Shown piece by piece: positions 19,571-27,889 of a stretch of DNA of 51,435 bases; positions within the stretch are counted from its first letter, which is position 1, and each line of letters begins with the position of its first letter. Origin of the DNA: Candidatus Krumholzibacteriota bacterium (GTDB lineage: Bacteria; Krumholzibacteriota; Krumholzibacteriia; Krumholzibacteriales; Krumholzibacteriaceae); NCBI GenBank assembly GCA_016926065.1, contig JAFGPI010000053.1, forward strand, positions 1 through 51,435, read 5' to 3'. Below the pieces are notes generated by a model. That model had not been told where the DNA came from. It saw nothing but the letters and a program-made list of their open reading frames with translations, and ran no database searches. The translations under genes were made by a program, and so were the position numbers.

Positions 19571-21253
19571 TCAATTATTAGTCGTCTCTCTGAGCACATC
19601 CTCCAAGGACGTCGTTCCCGATTTTAACTTTTCAATTCCATCCACCCGGAGAGTGAGCATGCCCTCCTTGACGGCCTGCTCCTTTATTTCCATGGAGGAA
19701 CAGCGGTTGAGAATCATCTCCCGGATCTCCGGTGAAATCGGCATCACCTCGTATAGACCCATCCGTCCCTTGTAACCGGTTCCACTGCATTTGGGACACC
19801 CTTCGGGCTCATATATTTCGAACGGGGTTTCGTTGGGGATCCCCAATTCCCTCAGCGCTTCCGGATGAATCTCGGAGGCTTTCTTGCAGTTTTCACACAG
19901 TCTTCTGATCAATCTCTGGGCCTGGATTAGATTGGTGGAGCTGGCCACCAAAAACGGTTCGACACCCATATCGATCATTCGGTTGATGGTGCTGGGAGCG
20001 TCGTTGGTATGCAAGGTGCTCAGCACCAGATGCCCGGTAAGAGCCGCTTTAACGGCGATCGATCCCGTTTCCAGATCACGGATCTCTCCCACCATGACGA
20101 TATTGGGATCCTGCCGCAGGAAAGCCTTCAGCGCGGAGGCGAAAGTCAGACCTATTTCTTCGTGAACGTTGACCTGGTTGATCCCGTCCAGATTGTACTC
20201 CACCGGATCTTCGGCGGTCATGATGTTGTGATGGGGAAGGTTTATCCGGCTCAAGGCCGAATAGAGGGTGGTGGTCTTACCGCTACCGGTGGGGCCGGTC
20301 ACCAGAACCATACCGTAGGGCGATTCGATGGCCTTGAGTAACTTTGCCAGGGAGTCCGCCTGGAATCCCAGTTTGGTGAGATCAATCTGCAGGTTGCTCT
20401 TGTCCAGAATTCTCATTACTACTTTTTCGCCGAAGATGGTGGGCAGGGTACTGACTCGAAGATCGATCTTCTTGCTTCCGATCCGGATCTTGATACGTCC
20501 GTCCTGGGGAATCCTTTTTTCCGCGATATCCAGCTCGGCCATGATCTTCAAGCGCGAGATAATGGCCCCTTTCATCTTGATAGGAGGATTCATCATCTCG
20601 TGCAGCATGCCGTCGATCCGGAATCTCACCCGCATGGCCTTTTCAAACGGTTCGATGTGGATATCGCTGGCCCCCTTATTCACCGCGTCGGCGATCAGGG
20701 AGTTGACCAGTTTGACCACCGGAGCATCTTCGCTCTGGGCTTCGGCCAGTCCCAGTTCATCTTCGATCTCCTCGACGATCTCGAAATCCTCTTCCATATC
20801 CCGCATGACTTCCGCCAGCGAGTCGGCCGAGTCGTAAAATCTGTCGATGGCGCGCTTGATGGCGGTCTCGGTGGCCACCACCGGCCGGACTTCCAAACCG
20901 GTAATGAACTTGATGTCATCGATGGCGAATATATTGTCGGGATTGGCCATGGCCACGGTGAGAACACGGCCCTCGCGTTCGATCGGGACTACCTGAAATT
21001 TAGTGGCCACTTCGGCGGGAATCAAATCAATCGAATGCTCGTCCGATTGCAATTCATCCAGGTCGACGGCCGGCACCTGGTACATCTGGGAAAGGAACTC
21101 CGAAAAGGCTTTTTCGGATATAGCTCCGGTTTTCACCAGGTTATAACCGATACTTCCGCCTGAATTCCCCTGTTCATGCAGTGCCAGCTCCAGTTGATCC
21201 TGGCTGATCAGGCTCGATTCAATCAACTGGTTAGCAAGATTTTCTTTCAACAA
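19571..21253 (-). CDS. pilB: Extension ATPase PilB (GspE family)
   Basis: 560 aa. T2SSE N-terminal domain, Walker A GPTGSGKTT and tetracysteine CENCKK...CPKCSGTG. The start is one of two adjacent TTG codons (21253 or 21250). Confidence 0.93.
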   Translation of the reverse strand: MLKENLANQLIESSLISQDQLELALHEQGNSGGSIGYNLVKTGAISEKAFSEFLSQMYQVPAVDLDELQSDEHSIDLIPAEVATKFQVVPIEREGRVLTVAMANPDNIFAIDDIKFITGLEVRPVVATETAIKRAIDRFYDSADSLAEVMRDMEEDFEIVEEIEDELGLAEAQSEDAPVVKLVNSLIADAVNKGASDIHIEPFEKAMRVRFRIDGMLHEMMNPPIKMKGAIISRLKIMAELDIAEKRIPQDGRIKIRIGSKKIDLRVSTLPTIFGEKVVMRILDKSNLQIDLTKLGFQADSLAKLLKAIESPYGMVLVTGPTGSGKTTTLYSALSRINLPHHNIMTAEDPVEYNLDGINQVNVHEEIGLTFASALKAFLRQDPNIVMVGEIRDLETGSIAVKAALTGHLVLSTLHTNDAPSTINRMIDMGVEPFLVASSTNLIQAQRLIRRLCENCKKASEIHPEALRELGIPNETPFEIYEPEGCPKCSGTGYKGRMGLYEVMPISPEIREMILNRCSSMEIKEQAVKEGMLTLRVDGIEKLKSGTTSLEDVLRETTNN

Positions 21254-21370
21254 TACCCTCCGCCCGTAAATTGATCCTTCGTCTTTCCATGCAAATCTTC
21301 AACCACAGGCTCGTATATCTTTATTATTCTTCGGCAAAATTTTCTTATCTTTGACCGAAAAATGCCGAAG

Positions 21371-21386
21371 CGCAATAAATATGCCA
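21371..21386 (-). promoter_or_regulatory. sigma54 (-24/-12) promoter upstream of pilB
   Basis: The minus strand reads TGGCATATTTATTGCG, with correct GG/GC spacing. It lies 118-133 nt upstream of the pilB start. Confidence 0.7.
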
Positions 21387-21456
21387 TCATTCCGGATGGC
21401 TTCTAAGAGATTGAAATCTAACGGATTCAAGGCAGAAATCCTTTAGGGGCGGCGAT

Positions 21457-21484
21457 TAATCCGGAGCGGGGATAATCGGAGCGG
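21457..21484. repeat. Tandem direct repeat upstream of the pilB promoter
   Basis: TAATCCGGAGCGG (21457-21469) and TAATC-GGAGCGG (21473-21484), period 16 nt. They lie 71-98 bp upstream of the -24 box, a typical distance for an enhancer-binding-protein site. Confidence 0.45.
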
Positions 21485-21662
21485 CGCCCGGTAACGGCTT
21501 GAGCAACAGATAAATCCGTCGCTGATCGCGGCTTTGCAAGAGAAGAAAAACGCCCTAAATTCTATGCACCTTGCAAAGGCATTCGCACTATGCAAAGAAA
21601 AATATTTATGGGGATTCGACAGGGAAGCCGTCTAAATCAGGCAGGAGTTGGAATATTTTCTG

Positions 21663-23531
21663 TCAGTCGAAGATGTCGCTGGTCAATCCGATGCGGAAAT
21701 GCCTCTCCGGCATTAAGATTCCCGGAACCGTTTGGTATTGAATATCGAAAAGATTCCGGTACTCAAAACTAATCACCATGGACAGTACGGTAAGGGAGGC
21801 GGCTGCGTTCACTACTTGATAATTCTTCAGCTCCACATCCCCAAAATTCCTGCTTCCGGTTTCCATGATGTCCAGGTGCAGCGCCAAGGTTTCGGTTTGC
21901 TTAAATACCCGCCTGCGGAAGCAACACCTCCCCAGCGCCCGGTATTCCGGGACTCCCGGGGTGCTATCGCTCCGTTTCCCGAAATATTCCAGATTTAGGG
22001 CATAATTGTAGGCGGTCCCCAGAAATTCTCCCTGGCCGGTAAAACGGCCCCTCGCCCCTGTCACTTCCCCCCCGGTCCGCGAAGCGTACAGGGCTGGATT
22101 GGATCCGGACAGGGCTATCAGGGATCTCTCCTTCCGGGCGAACAGGCTCACGGCCAGCCTTCCCCAGAAACCGGCCTCCAGGGTGAGATCATCGAACTGT
22201 TCGGCGTCCAGTCCGCTATTTCCCCCCGTACGCACATTCAGGCCCTCGATGGTTCTATCCATCTGAGGCTGGAACAACTCCGCCACCGTGGGAATTCTCG
22301 AACGCCGGGAGATTATCAGGCTCTGATAAAATCTATCCGGCCTTCCCCGGGTCAACATTCCTTCCCCTCCGCCATAGGCTCCGCATTGATCATGAAATCC
22401 TCCGGTAAAACCGCACCTCCAGACCAGGGTGTTCGCCTTCCCGCCTCCCAGGTAGAATCCTCCCTCCAGGTTGCCGTATTCCGGATCGAACCAATTCCCC
22501 CACAGCAGGTTCTGGAAATAACCCTTTTCGGCGGAGAAAAAGGCGCGCAGCGAATAATTTCCCCGGCGCCCCTTCCAATTCAGCGCCGCCCGGTTAATCT
22601 GACCGGAAGTCCATCCGGAGGCACGTTTCATTTCCACCACCCGGAGTTGATAATAGGCCGTTAAATCATTTTTTCGATAGCGCAGAAAAGAATCAAAGCC
22701 CTTATATCTCACGTCCTCGGGAACGGAAAAAATATCCCGCCGGTAGGGGCGGAAAGACGTTCCCCAGTAGGTATCTTCATACCGGTGCAGGCGCAGGGTG
22801 ATCTCGTCTTTCCTCTCCGTGACCAGGTTCAGCTCGAATAGCACCGATCTCGAATCGTACTGGCCGAGCAGGGCCATTTCATTCGCCGGCAGGACTCTTC
22901 TGGCATCCTGCAAATATTCATCATAGACCAGGGCCGCGTTAATATAGGCCCGGGGGGAGGAGAACCATATGCGGCGAGAGCGTCGGTTCCGGCTTCCATG
23001 AGTGAAATCCACGGCGGAATAAGGCCCCTCCCTTCCTCCCTCTTCCATCACGATATTGATCACGCTTCCCGATGATGCCACTCCGGTGAGCAGGGGAGAA
23101 CGGCTGTAGATGACTTCCACCTGTTTCAATCTGGATAAAGGTAAAAATCTGGAAAGCGCTTCCGCGTCGTAGGGATCGGTGAAGGGCACTCCGTTCAGCA
23201 GGAGGGTGATACCTCGCGCAGAAAAACCATCAACGGAGAAGTGTTCCTCCGATCCGGCCGGACCATTTCTCCAGCTGGACACACCGGGAAGTATTTCCAA
23301 TATATCGTAGAGGGAGTTTATGTTGTATTCCGTCAATTCAGCGGAAGTAATCACGTACACTTCCCCGGGGTAAAGCAGGGAATCAACGGCAACCGATCCG
23401 GGCATAAACGGTTCGGAGCGACCGGGCGGGGAGAGGATCGATACAACAACGGTCAGGGCCAGGAAGAAAAGATGTGTTCTGGAAATGCTCATAAGACATA
23501 GAAGCCGGAAAATTTCCACCGTCGACCACAA
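21663..23531 (-). CDS. TonB-dependent receptor-like outer-membrane protein
   Basis: Plug-domain-like N-terminus (ITSAELTEYNINSLYDILEILPGVS...GITLLLNGVPFTDPY) followed by a Y/R/G-rich beta-barrel region. The true start may be the ATG at 23492 (MSISRTHLFFLALTVV). Confidence 0.65.
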   Translation of the reverse strand: MWSTVEIFRLLCLMSISRTHLFFLALTVVVSILSPPGRSEPFMPGSVAVDSLLYPGEVYVITSAELTEYNINSLYDILEILPGVSSWRNGPAGSEEHFSVDGFSARGITLLLNGVPFTDPYDAEALSRFLPLSRLKQVEVIYSRSPLLTGVASSGSVINIVMEEGGREGPYSAVDFTHGSRNRRSRRIWFSSPRAYINAALVYDEYLQDARRVLPANEMALLGQYDSRSVLFELNLVTERKDEITLRLHRYEDTYWGTSFRPYRRDIFSVPEDVRYKGFDSFLRYRKNDLTAYYQLRVVEMKRASGWTSGQINRAALNWKGRRGNYSLRAFFSAEKGYFQNLLWGNWFDPEYGNLEGGFYLGGGKANTLVWRCGFTGGFHDQCGAYGGGEGMLTRGRPDRFYQSLIISRRSRIPTVAELFQPQMDRTIEGLNVRTGGNSGLDAEQFDDLTLEAGFWGRLAVSLFARKERSLIALSGSNPALYASRTGGEVTGARGRFTGQGEFLGTAYNYALNLEYFGKRSDSTPGVPEYRALGRCCFRRRVFKQTETLALHLDIMETGSRNFGDVELKNYQVVNAAASLTVLSMVISFEYRNLFDIQYQTVPGILMPERHFRIGLTSDIFD

Positions 23532-23576
23532 TCAGTTACCGGCAGTACTTTAATTTAGGCCCGGGGCATGGTCAAG

Positions 23577-24413
23577 TTAAATGTCACGGGTTTTCTTTTT
23601 CAGGTCGATAACCGACTTATAGGGAACGGCCATTTCGCCTATGTCCGCCTTCATGGCCTCCGCGAAATGATAATCAGAACCTCCGGTGCAAACCAGGCCG
23701 CGGGCGCGGGCTTCCCGGAGAAGATATTCCACTGTCTCCCGGTTATGATTGGGATGCCATATTTCCACACCGGCGACTCCGCAATCGATCAGCCGCTGTA
23801 ATAACTCCCGGTTCCTGCCGTTCACGCCGGGATGCGCCCAGACCGTTACTCCGCCGGCCTTATTGACCATCTCCACCACCCGTGACAGGGCCAGGGTTTT
23901 CCGGGGAACATAACCGGGCCGATCCACGCCCAAAAAGCGCGTGAACGCTTCTTGGATCCTGGAGATGTAACCTTCTTCCAGTAGTTTGCGGGCTAGATGC
24001 ATCCTTCCCACCGTACCTTTACCGGCCTCCCTCATGACTTCGGCCAAATCCAGATCGATACCTTCTTTCCGCAACTTATTCACCATCAGGCCCAACCTCT
24101 CCCGCCTGTCCTTTTCCAGCTGCCGGGCCGCTTTCCGCAACTCGGCATCCCGGGGTTCAAAGAGGTATCCCAGCACGTGGATATCCAGTCCTTCCTCCCG
24201 CACGTTGAATTCAATACCCGAAATGACTTCCACTCCCTGTTCCCTCCCCGCCGCTTGAGCTTCTCCCTGACCGGATACAGTATCGTGATCGGTTATGGAT
24301 ATGGCGGCCAAACCCTTTTCCCGGGCACGCACCACCAGTTCCCGGGGGGATAGTGTTCCATCCGAATAATACGAATGAAGATGGAGGTCGCAGGGTAAAT
24401 CCGGATTTTTCAT
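23577..24413 (-). CDS. PHP-domain metal-dependent phosphoesterase (TrpH/YciV-like)
   Basis: CDLHLHSYYSDGT and ISITDHDT motifs, plus C-terminal GGSDYH. 278 aa. Confidence 0.8.
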   Translation of the reverse strand: MKNPDLPCDLHLHSYYSDGTLSPRELVVRAREKGLAAISITDHDTVSGQGEAQAAGREQGVEVISGIEFNVREEGLDIHVLGYLFEPRDAELRKAARQLEKDRRERLGLMVNKLRKEGIDLDLAEVMREAGKGTVGRMHLARKLLEEGYISRIQEAFTRFLGVDRPGYVPRKTLALSRVVEMVNKAGGVTVWAHPGVNGRNRELLQRLIDCGVAGVEIWHPNHNRETVEYLLREARARGLVCTGGSDYHFAEAMKADIGEMAVPYKSVIDLKKKTRDI

Positions 24414-24424
24414 CCTGGTTCGCT

Positions 24425-25984
24425 TCAGGAAACGGCGGTGAATTTCTTCATCTTTTCGGCGATGTCGCGGAAGGTCACATCGATAATATAAACTTCCTCA
24501 AAATGCTCGCGGGCTTTTTCACTACTTCCCAGGGATTCGTACGCCAGACCGAGGTTGTAATGCAATCCCAATCTGTCTTTACCGGCCTTCCGAGCTATAT
24601 CCAGGCCTCTTTCCAACTGTTTCACGGCCAGCCGCGCGTTACCCATGACCAGGAAACTGTGCCCGATCATCTCCAGGCTCTTCAACTGCAATTGATCGGA
24701 TCTGGCCGATATCTGCAATTCCTTGACCGCATCATTGTACAGCGCCATTTCGATATAGGCCATCCCCAGATCGTAGTGACTTTTATAATCGTCCTCTTCG
24801 ACATCACTGGTGATCTCTTCGGCCAGACGCATACCGCCCTCTTCCTCGTTGGCCGCATCCTCTTCCTCTATGATATCCGAGAGATCCTCCGACAGGGGAA
24901 CCACCGGGGATCCTTCCTCGGTTTCCCCCGGGGCGGGTGAAGAATTAGCTCCCGCGGCGGCCGGAGCCGGCGCGGAGGACGCTGCCGCACCCGCGGCGGA
25001 AGACTGTTCCGGGGATGATTCCGGAGGAACGGACCGCTGCGGCGATTCATCGATTACATATGCTTTTCCCTCCCGGTCGGGGGCCTCTTCTCCCGAAGCG
25101 TCCGCCACACTTTTCACCTTGGCCTCCGGTCCGGAGACCGTCTCCCCGTCAGGCGGTAAATCACTTTTTTTATCCGGGGCGGCCTTCCGTTCCGCCCCCG
25201 TTTCACCGGCCAGGCTCGATCCCTTACTCAATCCGGCCGGAGATTCGACTCCCTGTGACTCCTTAACCGGTGATTCCAATTTCGCCGGCCGGACCGGACT
25301 CTGAGTTTTCACGCCCCGGCCCCCATCCTCAGCCTCTCCGGCCGAAATGATATTATCTATCTTGGTGATCATGTCTTCCTTCAAGGAAGGACGCAGTAGA
25401 TCCAACCTGCTGCGGAAGAAATTCACCCGCTTGGGGTCGCCGCTGAAGGCGGTTCTGGCAATAAGTCGAGCCAGAATCTCCGCGGCCCGGGCCTTGGAGC
25501 CGATCTGGCTGAACACATCCGCCGCTTTGGACCACAGCTCATCGGCCTCCGGTAATTGTTCCAGAACGGTCTCCGCCCGTTCGCCAATCCCTTGCATCCC
25601 CACCCCGGGATCGGCCAGAATGGTTTCAAAGTACAGGGAGTAGTAACTCTCAGCCTCTCCCAGAAAATTCTGTTTGGCCTTTAGCTCCCCCAGCTTGAAG
25701 ATCGTATCCAAGCGGTTGGGAATCACCCGCAAGATCTTCTTGCACACCGCTATGGCGTTGTTGTATAGGGCTACTTTTTCGTAGTTGAGGGTGGCCTTTT
25801 CAAATGCCGACACCGCCTGCACGCGGTCCTGGGTTCGCAGAAAGATATCACCGAGTTCATTATACAGGTTGGGATTGCGGGACTCCACCGACAGCAGTTT
25901 TTTGTATTCCTCGATGGCCTGATCGAGCTTCCCCTTTTTCAGGAAATTCTGGGCCTTCTGTCTCAACTGGCTGGACTTGCTCAC
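24425..25984 (-). CDS. Cytoplasmic TPR-repeat protein with a long acidic/Pro-Ala-Ser-rich central linker
   Basis: TPR-like helices at both ends (e.g. LDQAIEEYKKLL, YDLGMAYIEMALYNDAVKELQ) and a low-complexity middle of roughly 170 aa. No signal peptide. Confidence 0.6.
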   Translation of the reverse strand: MSKSSQLRQKAQNFLKKGKLDQAIEEYKKLLSVESRNPNLYNELGDIFLRTQDRVQAVSAFEKATLNYEKVALYNNAIAVCKKILRVIPNRLDTIFKLGELKAKQNFLGEAESYYSLYFETILADPGVGMQGIGERAETVLEQLPEADELWSKAADVFSQIGSKARAAEILARLIARTAFSGDPKRVNFFRSRLDLLRPSLKEDMITKIDNIISAGEAEDGGRGVKTQSPVRPAKLESPVKESQGVESPAGLSKGSSLAGETGAERKAAPDKKSDLPPDGETVSGPEAKVKSVADASGEEAPDREGKAYVIDESPQRSVPPESSPEQSSAAGAAASSAPAPAAAGANSSPAPGETEEGSPVVPLSEDLSDIIEEEDAANEEEGGMRLAEEITSDVEEDDYKSHYDLGMAYIEMALYNDAVKELQISARSDQLQLKSLEMIGHSFLVMGNARLAVKQLERGLDIARKAGKDRLGLHYNLGLAYESLGSSEKAREHFEEVYIIDVTFRDIAEKMKKFTAVS

Positions 25985-27279
25985 AACCCAACCTCACTTC
26001 TGAGCTTGTAATCCTTGATTTCCCACACAACCCGACCTTCCTTCAAGACCTGAACGGCATGATTCAGCCCCGCCCGGGAAGGAATCTCCCGGTAATCCTC
26101 AACGTCATAAATTACTATATCGGCTTTTTTCCCGATTTCTAAAGAACCTACTTCCTTTTCCCGGTTTATGGCGCAGGCCGCGTTATAGGTAGCGGCCAAA
26201 ATCGCCTGGGCGGGAATCATCCCCATCTGAGAACAAGCCAGGGCCACCGCCAGCTGCATGGAGCTGGAGGGGGCGCTGCCCGGGTTAAAATCGGTGGCCA
26301 GGGCCACGGCCGCTCCCGCCTCTATCAATTCCCTGGCGGGGGCAAACTTCCGGGAGGCCAGCCCCAGTGAGGTGCCGGGAAGCAGAACCGCCACCGTGTC
26401 GCTGGTGGACAGCTTCTCTATCCCCCGGGGAGTAACTTGGACCAGGTGTTCGACCGATACGGCCCCCATTTCCACCGCCAACTCGGTTCCTCCGATGGCG
26501 AATATCTCGTCCGCGTGCACCTTCAGCTTGAAGCCGTGGCTTTTACCGGCTTCCAGTATACGGCGCGTCTCCTCCAGATCGAACACGCCCTTCTCGCAAA
26601 ATACATCCATGAACTCGGCCAGGCCCGAGGCGGCCACCGCCGGGATCATATCCTCCACCAGCAACCTCACGAACTCATCCCCCTGCTTATGCTCGGGAGG
26701 TTTCTGGTGGGCGCCCATGAAGGTGGCTGCTATATCCAAAGGAGTTTCCTTCGCCAACCGGGAAATCACGCGCAGCATTTTAAGCTCCGCTTCCCGTTCC
26801 AGACCGTAACCGCTTTTGATTTCAAGCGTGGTCACCCCGCCTTCCAGCATTCTCATCAGGCGCCGCCTGCTTATCTGGAAGAGACGTTCCTCATCTATTT
26901 CCCTGACATCATGGACGGAGCGTTTTATCCCTCCCCCGCGTTCTTCTATCTGCAGATAGCTATCTCCTCTTATTCTCGCTTCATATTCATCCGCTCTGTA
27001 AGTGGAGAAAACCGCATGGGTGTGCGGATCGACCCATCCGGGCAGAACCGTCCGCCCCTCCGCATCGATGGTTTTCACTATCGAGGCACCGCCGGTCCGC
27101 TTGCGTACCGCGGCCTCGCTGCCGACGGCAAAAATTCTACCGTTTTTGACGGCGATAGCCCCGTTACGAACCAATCCGGGGTCAGACAGACCTTTCCCCC
27201 GCCGGGGTCCTTTCCCGGAACTTCCGCAGGTAATTAACTGACCGGCGCCCAGCAGTAATAAATCAATGGTCTCGGGCAA
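25981..27279 (-). CDS. hutI: Imidazolonepropionase-like amidohydrolase
   Basis: GWVDPHTHAVF metal-binding motif, RGDSYLQIEERGGGIKRSV (HutI-type segment), KVHADE and ATDFNPGS. TTG start preceded by AAGGAG. Confidence 0.7.
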   Translation of the reverse strand: MPETIDLLLLGAGQLITCGSSGKGPRRGKGLSDPGLVRNGAIAVKNGRIFAVGSEAAVRKRTGGASIVKTIDAEGRTVLPGWVDPHTHAVFSTYRADEYEARIRGDSYLQIEERGGGIKRSVHDVREIDEERLFQISRRRLMRMLEGGVTTLEIKSGYGLEREAELKMLRVISRLAKETPLDIAATFMGAHQKPPEHKQGDEFVRLLVEDMIPAVAASGLAEFMDVFCEKGVFDLEETRRILEAGKSHGFKLKVHADEIFAIGGTELAVEMGAVSVEHLVQVTPRGIEKLSTSDTVAVLLPGTSLGLASRKFAPARELIEAGAAVALATDFNPGSAPSSSMQLAVALACSQMGMIPAQAILAATYNAACAINREKEVGSLEIGKKADIVIYDVEDYREIPSRAGLNHAVQVLKEGRVVWEIKDYKLRSEVGL

Positions 27280-27295
27280 GCGCCACTCCTTGCAG

Positions 27296-27326
27296 AATGA
27301 AACCCAAAGCCCGCTTTAACACGGGC
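27296..27326 (-). terminator. Terminator-like hairpin inside the hutI leader (possible attenuator)
   Basis: Minus-strand RNA: GCCCGU-guuaaa-GCGGGC followed by UUUGGGUUU. It ends about 17 nt before the hutI start. The stem is short and the U-tract is interrupted. Confidence 0.3.
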
Positions 27327-27481
27327 AAAATGCATACACTTACAGGAGCGAGTGGAAAACCGCCCCGCTTCCTATTAATAATACTATAGCGGAAACGGTT
27401 CAATTTTCCAGGCATCAGGATTTTAAGCCCTGCATCCTTCGCTTTTTGACGGCCGTTTCCCGGCCTGCAACCGGCTTCTCG

Positions 27482-27497
27482 TGCAACTCCTGTGCCA
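27482..27497 (-). promoter_or_regulatory. sigma54 (-24/-12) promoter upstream of hutI
   Basis: The minus strand reads TGGCACAGGAGTTGCA, a perfect match to TGGCAC-N5-TTGCA. It lies 203-218 nt upstream of the hutI start. Confidence 0.75.
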
Positions 27498-27565
27498 AGG
27501 CCTTTTTCATAAAGGTCTTAACTTGACAAGGCCTTTCTGAGTTCTTCTCACTCCGGGAAAATGAT

Positions 27566-27591
27566 TTCAGGGGCGGAAAATTCAGGATCGG
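27566..27591. repeat. Tandem direct repeat upstream of the hutI sigma54 promoter
   Basis: TTCAGGGGCGG (27566-27576) and TTCAGGATCGG (27581-27591), period 15 nt. They are followed by TTCCCGGCGG and TTTCCCGGGAC (27599-27620), and lie 69-123 bp upstream of the -24 box. Confidence 0.4.
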
Positions 27592-27889
27592 GCCCCCGTT
27601 CCCGGCGGTTTCCCGGGACCGGAAAGCGGAACCGCGGCAGGGCGGCCGGGATGATCCTCCCTCCAACCTGTCGCTTCCCGTCCGGACCCCGTGAAACCAT
27701 ATTCCAGATCCTGCCTAGGGTACCGTTTTTATCGCGGTGGAGCAACTGAAAACCGGAGAACCACGAAGATGCCCTTATTCCCGTACCTCCCCGGGGGAGA
27801 GTGCGTGACTGGACCGGACCTGCGCCGGTTCTCGAGGGGGCGACCGGACGCGCTCACCCGCCACCCTTATCCGTCCCCATCCTAGAACC

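Noticed and set aside
21550-21600. Plus-strand GGCAT...TGCA and repeated TTTGCA boxes between the TonB-receptor gene and pilB.
   Set aside because: The spacing does not fit sigma54 (14 nt) and the orientation points away from any gene. I kept only the 21371-21386 site.
27814-27822. CAGGUCCGG on the minus strand, similar to the start of the SRP (4.5S) RNA domain IV motif.
   Set aside because: The rest of the conserved GGAAGGAAGCAGC core is missing. No RNase P, tmRNA or 6S signatures were seen in this gap either.
27415-27885. Four small ORFs (62-83 aa) on both strands in the dinG-hutI gap.
   Set aside because: They overlap each other, are R/P/G-rich, lack ribosome-binding sites, and one spans the sigma54 promoter. 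I treat the region as non-coding.
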